DNA of 64,000 bases from Eledone cirrhosa (GCA_964016885.1 OZ024741.1:229586001-229650000); one strand, 5' to 3'. Shown: positions 45,471 through 58,635, counted from the stretch's first letter. Numbers and translations: made by a program. The notes: generated by a model not told the origin, from the letters alone.

Positions 45471-46469
45471 TTCTTGTAGGTCTATCTTAATACACAAGAC
45501 CTTACTACCACCGGTTTAATCTAAATCCACTAGACCCATGCTGTATATTGGTCTTACGATCCGTTGGGTATTATTCCCAGAGCCACTCTTCTAGATATAG
45601 CCATGTGTGATATGAATTGTAGAAGAATGTGGTCTTTCAAGTTGAGATATCACGATGCCGGCCTTATGACTCAATAAGGAGTTGAGGTTTCCACGAAGGA
45701 GAAACGATAGCGTTGTTATTATTGTTTGACCATGATCCAGTAGACTCATAATTGAATTCGGACCATCCCGTCCTACATAAGACTACATAATCCAATGTTT
45801 TTATGTCAGCCCAAAGTAAGAAGACGTGTAATGAACGGTGTTCAGGTCATGATCGTCCCGTCCTTTTCTCCAGATATAGGACCAAATTATCTAATTTTTT
45901 CTTCCTTTGATAAAATAATAAGGTGCGAATTAAGGGCGATTTCGGTACTAATAGTCAAATAAACACGTAGGGGCCTTCTCTGTGTTGTTTGATGATAGTG
46001 TTGCTGTTGTTTATTTCCTTGTCTATTCTTGATTTAGTAGACTTATGATTAAATATGTTCTAACCATGAACATCCAATCCTTTTTTTTTTTACAATCATA
46101 GTATATCTGAAACTACATTATACAATGTTTTCTTTTGCTCTAGTCTCGATGATATTATTGTCACTGTTGTAGCTTTATTGTTGTTAATGTTTAACTTCAG
46201 GTCTTTGCTGATCCAGCAGACCTATGATCAAACGTGTACCAACAGTGACCATCCAGTCTTTCTTTCTCACGTAATATGTCGATGACTGATTTATCAAATG
46301 TACTGATGGATGTATTGAAGATGGCGATGGTTGTTTTTGGTGCTATTGTTGTTGTTATTATTTATGTCTATATTTTCTTGAATTCGGTAGATTTATGATC
46401 GAACATGTGTTCATCTTTGTTATATGGTGAAACACGCTCCAGAGGGTAAACTCTCCAAATCTCAGTCAC

Positions 46470-46700
46470 TCTTCGTCAGGTTTGTGGTTGAGCCCCTAGC
46501 AGTGGAGACTTCTGGTGTCCTTGACCCTAGAGCAACCTCCCTTCTCACCACCATCAGCACAGTGTTTGCTACCCGAAGGTATGAGCCTCACGAACTGGAA
46601 TGGCTCTTCCAGCGCATCTGCCTCATCATCCTCTGGGAAAACGCCTTCTCTATTCTGTTCAACGGGGCTGCGATGCGGCCAGTGCGTGGGCCCCCATTTG
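46470..46700 (+). pseudogene. CRE-type RLE endonuclease C-terminal fragment
   Basis: EPLAVETSGVLDPRATSLLTTIS..EPHELEWLFQRICLIILWENAFSIL. Confidence 0.7.
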
Positions 46701-46705
46701 TTAAT

Positions 46706-46884
46706 AATGGTTTCTACTTTTGGCACAAGGCCAGCAATTATCCCAGTGCATTACTGGTACTTTATTTTATCGACCCCGTAAAGATGAAAGGCAAAGTTAA
46801 CCTCGGTGGGATTTGAACTCAGACCGTAGAGGGGCGTAACTCTATGCTGCAAAGCATGGCGTCCGATCATCTACCGATACTGCC
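46706..46884 (-). mobile_element. Nin/Deu-domain tRNA SINE copy
   Basis: Homologous to 13369-13541. Confidence 0.85.
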
Positions 46885-47425
46885 AATCCAAATAGTGAGA
46901 GATGGGGAGAGCGGGCGAAAGGGAGGCAGTGACAGTGGGAGTTTAGTTCCTTTGTGTTCGGACTTGGTGTATATGTGTATGTTTCACAGACCAACATTCT
47001 TCGTAGAACTATCAGCCTCTGTATTTGGCATTCTCGGTATGACATACGTGACTTAGATTAACTAATAAAATTAACGTATCGCGGCACCATCTTGGAATCT
47101 TTTGAAGGATTTTTTCTTCACGGAAGAAAATTTTGTTACTTGAGGAAACGATAATTCGTGGAAATTCCAAATGGTGACGCACAAGGGATCAGCCGAGATA
47201 CGTTTCAGATATATATGGATATGTGTGTATACATGTGCGCACGAGTGTGTGTGTGATATGGCATTAGATGTGTATCTAATTGTCTGTTATCTATAATTAG
47301 TAAACGTCCCCGTGTTTTATGTGTGTGTATATATAAATGCATCTGTACATAATTGCGTCTTTCTATGCACAATCATATGCGCATACATGTACATCTATGC
47401 ACGTATTATACACACACACACACAG

Positions 47426-47467
<42 letters not shown>

Positions 47468-47472
<5 letters not shown>

Positions 47473-47675
47473 CAAAAGATGGTTAAAAGAGTTAATTGTA
47501 TTTTATTATGCACATTTCAAAAACAAATATCATCCCATGATGATATTTGTTTTTGAAATGCGCATAATAAAATACATGGAACTCTTTTAAACATCTTTTG
47601 ATTTTATATTATCTATACTCCAGACCTATAAACTGTTGAGTGCTACTTATCCGATATTTGCTTTGCTCACCTCCT

Positions 47676-47677
<2 letters not shown>
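47468..47677 (+). mobile_element. Minimal fold-back remnant of PLE family D
   Basis: Palindrome 47468-47610 centred on HHR stem II, plus a tail matching 14607-14700. Confidence 0.85.
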
Positions 47678-47716
<39 letters not shown>

Positions 47717-47844
47717 GCTCTCTCTCTATATATATATATATATCTTTAACGATCGACTTTTTTGTCAAATCGGACCGAGGGAACAATGTTTCCGTTGGTC
47801 TTTCCAATTGCTAATACTATCTATCGGTCGCAACTCCAGGTAGA

Positions 47845-47961
47845 AGGAGCAACGTGAAATAAAGTGTCTTGCTCAAGGACATAACGCATCGCCTGGTCCA
47901 GGAATCGAACTCACAACCTTACGATTGCGAATACAATTCTCTAACCACTCAGCCACACGCC
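47845..47961 (-). mobile_element. tRNA-derived SINE with CORE/V-like domain (5' part)
   Basis: GGCGTGTGGCTGAGTGGTTAG..GAGTTCGATTCC..TGTCCTTGAGCAAGACACTTTA. Confidence 0.75.
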
Positions 47962-47968
47962 TTCACTA

Positions 47969-48195
<227 letters not shown>

Positions 48196-48579
48196 GCACA
48201 CACATGTGTGTGTATGTGTGTGTGTGTTGGGTGTGTGTACGTATGTGTTGTTGTTATGGAATACTTTGTATTTAGAAAGTGTCGTAAGAGGGTGAGGGAT
48301 GGTTTTTTCGAGTTTGTCTCTTAACTTTAACCTTTAACACCTTAAGTTCTGTTTAGTGTTTGCTGATTACTGACGCGCTTATATACACAGCGACCTACAC
48401 ACAAACACATACACATATACGCTGTCACAACACACACACACACACACATATATACACACATATATATATACACACATATATATATACACATATATATACA
48501 TATATATATGAGCTTATAAACACGGTCACGTGGTTAAATGTAAAAATACTTATACTTCGACATTAATATGTGTGTGGGT

Positions 48580-48660
<81 letters not shown>

Positions 48661-48834
48661 ACCAGCAGAATATACATTCTAACAGCAGAATATCAACAGC
48701 GAAATTCCTTTCCTCTTTCGAGTTATTGTTCCATTCTACATCCTCTATAGCCTGAGTAACACCAACCCTATGTCACACCCTCTATAGCCTTACTAAACCA
48801 CTTCGACATATTAGCCTTTATATATATATATATA

Positions 48835-48874
<40 letters not shown>

Positions 48875-49229
48875 CACGCGCGTATGTGTATGTGTAAAAT
48901 GTAAATAGAAATAATAAAAATAACGAAACAAACGGCATAGTACATGGAAAAAATATATTAATTTAACGCTTGAAATAGCATGAAGAGAGTCTTAATGTTT
49001 CGGACACTAGCCCTTCATAAGAAGATAGAGCTAGAAATAGATGATAGATAGAAAGTAAAAAGTGATAAGAGGAAGGAACGGGGGAAAATGAGAAAAAGAA
49101 GGGGGGAGAAGAAACACACATATTTATATGTGCGTGTATTTGTATACCTATGGCGAGTGTTTTCGCGTATGCTTGTGTATGTACGTATTTGGATGCGTGT
49201 ATGTATTTATTTAATTTCAATTAGCTCTG

Positions 49230-49800
49230 TATTTTATTTACTTTATTCTTAACTCTGTAGCGGAGAGTCATACGGTTTCCTAGTTAGAATTTTAGTCTAC
49301 GACTTCAGTTATACCATTTATGTGGTTTTGTCTTTGCGTGCAATTGTTCTCTACGCTCCACATATGACGTATTATCTTCGCTTTTTCCGTTCGTTGCCAG
49401 AGAACGTCTCTATGAATCACCTAAGAGAATATTAGTCTACGACTTCTTTTATACCATAAACGTGGTTCTGTCTTTGCGTGTAATTGTTTTTCACCGCTCC
49501 AAATAATGACGTGTCTTATTCGTTTTTTCCCGTTCTTTGCCAGGGAACGTTTCCACGAACAAAAGTATCATCTTCCTGTCTTCCTCCGGTTGCAACGTTT
49601 TTTGAAATATTCACTTCTGCGTTTACAGTTTGACTTTGTCAGTTTCAGAAGATCCCTTTAAGGGTGAAAGCAGCGATTCTTTGCTTAAACTTTAATCTGT
49701 TATTTCAATAAATATTTGCTCTAGGGTTCTTATATATTTGATATATATTTATCCTTATCGAGCTTTCTTTGGTTTTAGTCTTCAAATTTATTATTATTAC
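49230..49800 (+). mobile_element. Solo 3' end (pLTR + tail) of PLE family I
   Basis: Diverged reverse complement of 50795-51290; HHR at 49641-49691; internal ~140-bp duplication. Confidence 0.8.
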
Positions 49801-49811
49801 TATATATATAT

Positions 49812-50366
49812 ATATATCATAAAACATGTCTATAGAATTACCAGATAAAATATATACCATTTCCTCTCCCAATTAGCATAATCAACTATATAAAAGTCGA
49901 ATAGACCAGGCTATAAGAATAAGGCTTCTATGAAGAAATCCCCAACAAATAACCGAAACTAGCCCTTCGCGTCGGCTGCGACGGAATATTTATCGAATAT
50001 TTCGACAGCATAATCGCCCAGATATACAGTTAATTAAACAGAATTAGGTGTAAAATAAACTAGGAGAAAAGAGAATACATTTAATTACCTCTACCATGGT
50101 TTCGTCCGCATTTTGAAATTTCCAATATATTCGGGAATTCGAGCATCGGACTCTTCAGGAGTTTGCTCTAATCTAGACATTAAATTTTCCAAAGTGATCG
50201 CGCCAAGAATACATTCAAAAATGGCTAAGAATTGTGACGTAGCAGCGGTCAAGTTGGAAGGGGTGTGGTAGTTGCTTACGGCTGGTGGCTCTTTGCTAGA
50301 AAGCACAGCACAATACAGCCAAATTTGTATCTCAACCTAATGGGAGATTATTACATATAAAGGTTT

Positions 50367-50422
<56 letters not shown>

Positions 50423-50762
50423 GTGTTTTGCAACGGTCACATTGTGGCTCAATGAAAAGTTAATAAATTAAATATTCAGAGCTATATATCATAAAACATA
50501 TCTATAGAATCGCCAGATAAAATATATACCATTTCCTCCCCCAATTAGCATAATCAACTATATAAAAAATCGAATAGACCAGGCTATAAGAATAAGGCTT
50601 CTATGAAGAAATCCCCAACAAATAACCGAAACTAGCCCTTCGCGTCGGCTGCGACGGAATATTTATCGAATATTTCGACAGCCCAATCGCCCAGATATAC
50701 AGTTAATTAAACAGAATTAGGTGTAAAATAAACTAGGAGAAAAGAGAATACATTTTGAGATT

Positions 50763-50770
<8 letters not shown>
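49812..50770 (-). mobile_element. ORF-less ~674-bp HHR-containing unit, ~1.4 tandem copies (family J)
   Basis: 49812-50082 repeats at ~50485-50755; HHR at 50089-50161; TA tracts at both ends and one inside. Confidence 0.7.
50089..50161 (-). ncRNA. Type I hammerhead with extended stem II (family J)
   Basis: CTC-CTGAAGA-GTCCG..CGGAC-GAA-ACCATGGT-A-GAG. Confidence 0.85.
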
Positions 50771-50800
<30 letters not shown>

Positions 50801-50816
50801 TAAAATAACAGATTAA

Positions 50817-50867
50817 AGTTTAAGCAAAGAATCGCTGCTTTCACCCTTAACGGGATCTTCTGAAACT
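50817..50867 (-). ncRNA. Type I hammerhead with CAGAAGA (U4A) core (family I); copies at 54093-54143 (-) and 49641-49691 (+)
   Basis: AGTTT-CAGAAGA-TCCC..GGGT-GAA-AGCA..TGCT-T-AAACT. Confidence 0.7.
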
Positions 50868-51808
50868 AACAAAGTCAATCTGTAAACGCAGAAGTGGATA
50901 TTTCAAAAAACGTTGCAACCGGAGGAAGACAGGAAGACGATACTTTGGTTCGTGGAAACGTTCGCTGGCAAAGAACGGGAAAAAACGAATAAGATACGTC
51001 ATTAATAGGAGCGGTGAAAAACAATTACGCGCAAAGACAGAACCACGTGTATGGTATAAAAGTGGTCGTAGACTAATGTTCTCTTAGGTGGTTCATAGAG
51101 ACGTTCTCCGGCAGTGAACGAAAAAAACGAAGATAATACGTCATATGTGGAGCGTGGAGAACAATAGCACGCAAAGACAAAACCACGTAAATGGTATAGC
51201 AGAAGTCGTAGACTAAAATTCTAACTAGGAGACCGAATGAATCTCCGCTACAGAGTTAAGAACAAAGTAAATAAATACAATACAGAAGTAATAGAAATAA
51301 ATAAATACATACCCGCTAACAAATACGTACATACACAAGCATACGCAAAACACTTACCATAGGTATACAAAACCACGCACATATAAATATGTGTGTGTGT
51401 GTATGCGTGTGTACAAATAAATAAATAATTTAATAAAGGTAAATAAATACGTATATAACAAGCGCACACACATACATCCATGTAAATACACGAATGTTCG
51501 GAGACGTAAGTCAACCAAAACATGAAATATACATATACACACACCCTACATACGTACGAACCTGCATACTCACACAGACGGAAAAACTCCCGTATACACA
51601 TAGCCAAACCATATGTACCAGAATTAAAAAAAAAAAAAAAAATTTATACGCCATAACGTAAACAATCAAATATACGTACGGGAAGGTATACGTAACTTCA
51701 CCAAACATACGGGTAATATATACTTACCTATGCAAATAAGTAATTGTATAAACAAAACATATACTTAGCTCCCACATCAAGACGTAAAATATCCACGTAT
51801 AGATCGTA

Positions 51809-53938
51809 CTATCCGTTAGGGTATAACGTGGGGCTGTAATACAGGAAGGTTTTGTGCAATTTATGTTTACAAGCCGAAATTGCCTCAGACTTTTTGTTTA
51901 AGATGTGGTCTGTGGCGTAGAGTATTTCCAAGGCCTCAGCGGCGCAGAGGTCACATGGTCTTTTATTTCCGTTATACGATCTAGCCCTAGCTAGGATCTC
52001 CCAGTGTAACTTAAATTGGGTGTGGTTGTCTTTTAGAGTCCAGATATAAGCTGAAAGTGACGTCATATTCCTTCTAAGAGGGTAACGAAAAGAATGGATA
52101 TGCATGTAAAGACGCTGCTTGAATCTATTGGCGATTAATCCTATGTAGGCCCTACGGGACGTGGGTGTTTCAACCTTACATTTGTAGACAATGTTACTAG
52201 AGAGGCATTTCCCGGATAGGGGGCAATAATCCCGATTCCTACAATTACAGTTAGTACTAACTACAGGGTTGCACGTGTTCCTACGGCTAGGTAGTTTAGC
52301 TAAATTTGAAGCTGTGATGTTATGTGCAAGGTTAGGAGTCGTAGAGTAAGAAATTTTAATAGTATTTCTATTAAAAATTTTACTATATTTATGTGTAGGG
52401 GGAAAATGCTTCGTAATAAGGGAAAGAAAGATCTTAGCTAATGGTGTGGCCACCTCCATATTATATGGTGGGTTATACCATATAATGCGACGGGATCTAT
52501 TTCTTCTAGGTCTATTTTCGTACTCTGTATATGCTACCTTATCGACAAATCCACTTCGAGCAAGAGCTTCATTGTAATAAGTGGAATGGTCGTTGAAAAT
52601 ACGCTCGTTGGTGGAAAGACGGGAAAGCCTCAACGAAACGTTTCTTACCAGGTTCTTGGTTATGCTGGCGAGATGGTTGGAATGCTTACTTATGTAATTA
52701 AGCGTATCATTCGGCTTTCTATACGGGTAATACAACCCATTCAATAAATTGAGGGTAACGTCAAGGTAATTAACGACCGAGAGATTGGCCTCAACCTGTA
52801 TAGAGAGGTTGAAGCATTTAAAGAAGGCTGTGAGTTCTTTTCTGAACCTGTCGCAAGCACGAGGTCCGCACTTAGTCATGGTCTAAAGACCGTCGTCACG
52901 GTACAAACCACCGCCCGCGTTGGGGAATTCGTCCTTGATAGAGAAAAGAAGGAAAAAGCCGATAAGATCAGTAACCTCCGCAGAATCACTGCTGCCCATA
53001 CTCACGTCGAATGGGGTACTATTGGATTTTTTAATCTAAATAGAGTCGTCGAAATTAATCACCGACTTTCGGGCATTGAGGATGACATCAACTTCGAAAT
53101 CCTTAACCACTGTGAGTGTTTTAGCGAAATTGATAGCTCTAAGGAGAAGTGGTAAAGTGATGGAGGAGTAGCAATTGTTGATGTCGAATTGGAGAAAACG
53201 GCAATGTTCCTTGTTACATATGCCGTTGAACCAATCAATCACCGCGAAAGAATTGTTCCACAGTGCAAGAGGGGCCAAACTTCTAATTTCAGGTATAATT
53301 CTATCAAGAATCGTTTTACTAAGTCTACCTAAATCGGACTTCGTAGGGTTAATAAGCCGAATAGAGGGGTTGTTCGGAAAATTGGATTTGTGATCCTTCA
53401 AGGTAAAGTGGGGAGAAATAGGGTCCAGAGGTTCGGTCCGATCCAGGATGTTGAGATCAGATGTGATTTTAAACCCAGCATCGTTGATTTCATTGATGAC
53501 GCACCGATTAGTTTTACGGTAATCCTTAGTTACAGCATTATGTAGTAGTTGATGGTAAGTACTGCGCTCCACTTGATATAGGTTGCCAGTTTTGTCGGAA
53601 TGGACGTGCACGGCATTAGAATCCTTAATAGAACGAATTCTATTCTTCAGGTCTTGCTGGAAGGAATTGCTCCTATTCCGAAATTTGATACTCCGAATGA
53701 GTTCCAAAACATCATTTTCGAAGGGTAGCAATGCTGGGTTACACGGGGGGTTATTATAGGTTTTAAATCCAAATTTATCCTGTTTGTTGTCTGCTTTTCG
53801 CAGGTTATCGAAATAAAAGGCACGCCAACGCAACCTTTTAATGAACGCGTCTGTTTTCTGTATCAGGAGTTTTAGGTATGTTTTCCTGCTTGGTACGGGT
53901 ATGTTCTTTGTAGAAATATTCAGATGTTGTTTCTGCAT
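51809..53938 (-). pseudogene. PLE RT-GIY-YIG polyprotein (~709 codons, one frame, 2 TAG stops)
   Basis: STKNIPVP, KRLRWRA, HSDKTGNLY, IRLINPTKSDLG, LQFDI, GGLYRDDGL, NCNCRNRDYCPLSGKCL, AYIG, CDLCAAE; stops at 53036-53038 and 52883-52885. Confidence 0.95.
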
Positions 53939-54659
53939 GATGAATATAAGTCAGTAGAGTGCTCAACCGAGGGAGCCAAATAATAATAATAATAAATTTC
54001 AAGACTAAAATCCAAAGAGGGCTCGATAAGGATAAATATATATCAAATATATAAGAACCGTAGAGCAAATATTTATTAAAATAACAGATTAAAGTTTAAG
54101 CAAAGAATCGCTGCTTTCACCCTTAACGGGATCTTCTGAAACTAACAAAGTCAATCTGTAAACGCAGAAGTGGATATTTCAAAAAACGTAGCAACCGGAG
54201 GAAGACAGGAAGACGATACTTTGGTTCGTGGAAACGTTCGCTGGCAAAGAACGGGAAAAAACGAATAAGATACGTCATTAATAGGAGCGGTGAAAAACAA
54301 TTACGCGCAAAGACAGAACCACGTTTATGGTATAAAAGTGGTCGTAGACTAATGTTCTCTTAGGTGGTTCATAGAGACGTTCTCCGGCAATGAACGAAAC
54401 TTCTGCTATACCATTTACGTGGTTTTGTCTTTGCGTGCTATTGTTCTCCACGCTCCACATATGACGTATTATCTTCGTTTTTTTCGTTCATTGCCGGAGA
54501 ACGTCTCTATGAAAGCAGCGATTCTTTGCTTAAACTTTAATCTGTTATTTTAATAAATATTTGCTCTACGGTTCTTATATATTTGATATATATTTATCCT
54601 TATCGAGCCCTCTTTGGATTTTAGTCTTGAAATTTATTATTATTACTATATATATATAT

Positions 54660-56114
54660 AACGAAGGAAATGTGGTAAGGAACCAGGTGGACCATAACGC
54701 ACCAAAGTACACAATACTTAGGGTAGTAGAGTGGGTAATAGGAACCAGTAAGACCCCGACGGCTGAGCTCAAGCCGTTTCGACGGCTAATTCTGGACTAA
54801 ATGAAAATTTATCCTGGTATTTGAATAGCCGAGCTTCTCAAGGGGTAATTCCATATATGGTCAAAGTGATTGTCAAAAGTCAGTAGTAATTCTGTGATTG
54901 CAAATTAGTAGGGGAGATGGTGGCTAAACCTGCCAGTAGGAGAAAAAGGGGGAGGGGTGGAGTAGACCCAATCAAGCGTTGGTAGTGCCAGCTACAGCTG
55001 GGCATGAGGTCAAAGAAGATACTGGGGAGGGGGAGGGGGGAAGTCGGAACGGTAGGTAGAACAATGGGGGGTAAAAATATATATATGAAAGAAAAAATAC
55101 TGAGAGTGATGAAAAGCGAATAAGTGTAAAGAAAAAAAGTAAAGCAAGTTCTACGACCTAAGTCTCTAGCTATTGTTAGGCTAGATAAATAAATAAAGAA
55201 AGAAAGAAAGAAATAAAGAAAGAAATAAAGAAATAACGAAATGAGTAAATAAACTAGGTGGGACGGAATAGGCAAGGACCCTTTTAAGAGGTATAAGTAC
55301 GTAAATCATACGGTGACGGGTCAACAAATGGGGCCAAAATACTAAAGAAACTACCACGAAATAAATAATAAAGGTGTCTATCCCGAGCACAATGCCAGCA
55401 ACCACCCAGTGCAGCAAAGTAAACTAGTACTAGAAACTAGTTTACTTTGCTGCACTGGGTGGTTGCTGCCATTGTGCCCGGGATAGAAACCTTTATTATT
55501 TATTTCGTGGTAGTTTCTTTAGTATTTTTTCCCCATTTGTTGACCCGTCACCGTATGATTTACGTACTTATACCTCTTAAAAGGGTCCTTGTCTATTCCG
55601 TCCCACCTAGTTTATTTACTCATTTCGTTATTTATTTATTTATTTCTTTATTTCTTTATTTATTTATTTATCTAGCCTAACAATAGCTAGAGACTTAGGT
55701 CGTAGAACTTGCTTTACTTTTTTTCTTTACACTTATTCGCTTTTCATCACTCTCAGTATTTTTTCTTTCATATATATATTTTTACCCCCCATTGTTCTAC
55801 CTACCGTTCCGACTTCCTCCCCCTCCCCCTCCCCAGTATCTTCTTTGACCTCATGCCCAGCTGTAGCTGGCACTACCAACGCATGATTGGGTCTACTCCC
55901 CCCCCCCTTGTTCTCCTACTGGCTGGTTTAGCCACCATCTCCCCTACTAATTTGCAATCACAGAATTACTACTGACTTTTGACAATCACTTTGACCATAT
56001 ATGGAATTACCCTTTGAGAAGCTCGGCTATTTAAATACCAGGATAAATTTTCATTTAGTTCAGAATTAGCCGTCGAAACGGCTTGAGCTCAGCCGTCGGG
56101 GTCTTACTGGTTCC

Positions 56115-56116
<2 letters not shown>
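54660..56116. mobile_element. Palindromic non-coding 3' end of PLE family G
   Basis: ~54738-55428 and ~55437-56116 are inverted arms; tail 54660-54737; homologous to 32898-33640. Confidence 0.9.
56009..56102 (+). ncRNA. Type I hammerhead with U3:A8 core (family G); inverted copy at 54753-54846
   Basis: TTGAGAA 56014-56020, GAAA 56075-56078, stem III ACGGCT/AGCCGT, GUC 56095-56097, stem I ACCCY/GGGGT. Confidence 0.8.
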
Positions 56117-56181
<65 letters not shown>

Positions 56182-56184
<3 letters not shown>

Positions 56185-57010
56185 TGGTTACACAACAGTT
56201 AGTTCACCATACCGAGAACAGTTGTTTCACCTTAGCGGATCTTCAGCTCGGAATGGGCATGGTTATAGGAACAGGAAGCACAACCGCACGAACGCGCATG
56301 CGCAGAAACCCGGTCACTTCACACAGGCAATACTAGACTTCGTGCGAGAGGTATAAGGGAGATAACTGCGAAAGTTCGAAAAGTTTTTAGGTTGAAAATA
56401 TAATTACAAAGAATCAGTCCGGACCCTTGTAGTTATTCAATAGTTGTTTGGCGACGTGTGGACAACGTGTGAAAAATTTACTTCTCGTGTTTAGGCAATC
56501 ACTATTGCGTAATCTCTTTAGAATAGTTATTCCACACGTCGGATTTCCCCTTGCGTATGGCTTGGACTTAGTGATGGCTTTCCATTGAATAGTCTATACT
56601 TGAGTCCTTGAGGGACCATACGTGGCTCGCGAGTTTCGTGGATGAACGTCTGTCCGGGTATCTGAAGGTAAACTGGTGATTCAGGAAACGTTCCTTGAAT
56701 CGGCCCTCCGCCATGCCCACATAGGATTTGACCTCTTGTGGCTCGTTTGGTCGGTTGGAAGTGACCACAGCTTCATACATTACAGCTGATGTGATGCATT
56801 GCTGTTGAAGGGGGCAATCTTCAGGCTTACGGCAAGAGCACCCTGGTGGGTGTTGTTCCTATGGTTGCTGGTGATGTGAGCCTTCATGTTCTTCGCGCAG
56901 GAGTATCCTAGTTTAACTTTGTGTCGGTTAAAGATGGAGCGGTATTTATGACCTATGGGGAAGTGTCTATCTAAGAGGGCTAGAAACGTTTTCTTACATT
57001 GGTTTTAACG
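56182..57010 (-). mobile_element. 5'-truncated Naiad-type PLE (family K)
   Basis: LLDRHFPIGHKYRSIFNRHKVKLGYSC, CSCRKPEDCPLQQQC, SYVGMAEGRFKERFLNH; TA tracts at both ends. Confidence 0.85.
56212..56251 (-). ncRNA. Minimal type I hammerhead ribozyme (family K)
   Basis: CCGAG-CTGAAGA-TCC(GCTAA)GGT-GAAAC(AACT)GT-T-CTCGG. Confidence 0.8.
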
Positions 57011-57799
57011 TATATATATAACCAAAATTAAATTAAGGATATAAAGTTTTGAGAAAAATGCGCCATAACCTCTGTAGAATATGCTCAAAGATTCCAATGA
57101 AGAGTTCCGAGCATTTATATCAACTAGAAATCTATTGACTCCTGAGTCCCATATTTTCGTTGCTGTGGTAATGCGGCTGGACTGCCGATCGCTATATTTG
57201 ATTTGCTAAGCTGTCTAAAGGTATTGTTATTACTCTGGGGTACTCTCCCCATCCGAGTGCTAAAGCTACATACCGAATTTGCATTCGTTATCTTGGCCGC
57301 AAACTAAAGCTTCGTTAATGCTGTACTAAAATTTGTATATATATATAAAATAAACATATGAAACAATTACAGGGGATAATTTGTAAAGAGTGTAAGCACA
57401 CACAGCTACGTAGGTAACTAATTAAAGTTTAACGATAACTTCAAATATAGATACCTTTTAAAAATGATTAATCTCCTTTGTATATATTTCATTAAATAAA
57501 GAAATATATTTCACCATCAATCGGTAAATCACAGTAGTCAAATCCGGATCGTCAGCAAAGGAGAAGATTTAACTATCTGTATTTACACAACAAATGCAAA
57601 TCTGTGAATGACTAGAAGCACGTGTTGCATTTTTTTTTTTAAATACACACACCGTGTCAGCGTCATCTCAGTGGCGTGAATAGGATTATCGACAGCTAGA
57701 AATAGCAGCCAAGTCCTTTCAACTGAGTTAGCTCTACAATTAAGGTGCCGTATATAACCAAATTTAAATAAAGGATGTCATGTCTGATCCGGGAGTTCT

Positions 57800-57988
57800 T
57801 GCTACACACATCTGTGACATCATCACGAAACACACATGCAAACGCAGGTGCAAACAGAGAAAAGAACACAGGAATAAATAAACAAATAAATAAAATAAAA
57901 ATGGCGTAGGCATTATAATACAACGGGAGGAATCACAATAGTACCACTGATGATGTCACAGATGTGTGACGAAAGAACTTTGATAGAC

Positions 57989-58019
<31 letters not shown>

Positions 58020-58176
58020 CTGTATTCTTAACCGCTAGTCAATCAATGATAAACATTGATTGCCAGATAAATTAACCATGGAAATATAAAAGATACAGAA
58101 GCGAAAACCAACCTAAACCAAACAGTGAGTGTGTTTTATTATTTCTGGCAATATTATAACAATATCACCCTCCTCA
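57800..58176 (+). mobile_element. Family E PLE 3'-end stub with HHR (57938-57991)
   Basis: CTGATGA-TGTCACA(GATG)TGTGAC-GAAAGAACTT; short inverted stem II copy at 57804-57825; homologous to 32530-32885. Confidence 0.8.
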
Positions 58177-58220
58177 AATTTAACAATATAACAATATATA
58201 TATACATATATATATGTGTG

Positions 58221-58328
<108 letters not shown>

Positions 58329-58635
58329 TGTGTATATCTCTGGCGTCACACAAAATGGTGTGTTTTTGTAGCTTAATAGCTATAAATTAATGTTTCCCCT
58401 TTGGTCTCTTACTCCTTTCGATAGCGTTTGGGTTATGTCAGACGCTGTGACCTCGAGTGGACCAACAGTACCGTTGGTAGGGGTTGAAACTGCCTAAGTC
58501 CGTCTCAACGGTCGATGACTATTGAGTTCTGTGACCTTCGTTTGTATATATATATATTTTTTTAATAAGGTTCCCCTAAAAAATTATTTTTTATTTTGTT
58601 TTGTTTCCGTTCGTCGTCCTTTCTTTGTTCGTTTT

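Larger units (their letters stand above)
50795..54648 (-). mobile_element. Full-length Naiad-type PLE (family I) with direct pLTRs and a 5' inverted piece
   Basis: 50795-51122 repeats directly at 54071-54398; inverted piece ~54400-54648; (TA)n at both ends. Confidence 0.92.

Noticed and set aside
45036-45497. Pro/Thr/Gly/His-rich ORFs
   Set aside because: Trinucleotide repeat open in several frames, with no domain or splice evidence.
45720-46410. Several degenerate AGACYTATGATYAAA..CATCC repeats
   Set aside because: Probably old interspersed-repeat fragments, too decayed to delimit or classify.
49955-50020. Hairpin GCTGCGACGGAATATT..AATATTTCGACAGC as a second ribozyme
   Set aside because: A good hairpin, but no complete catalytic core on either strand.
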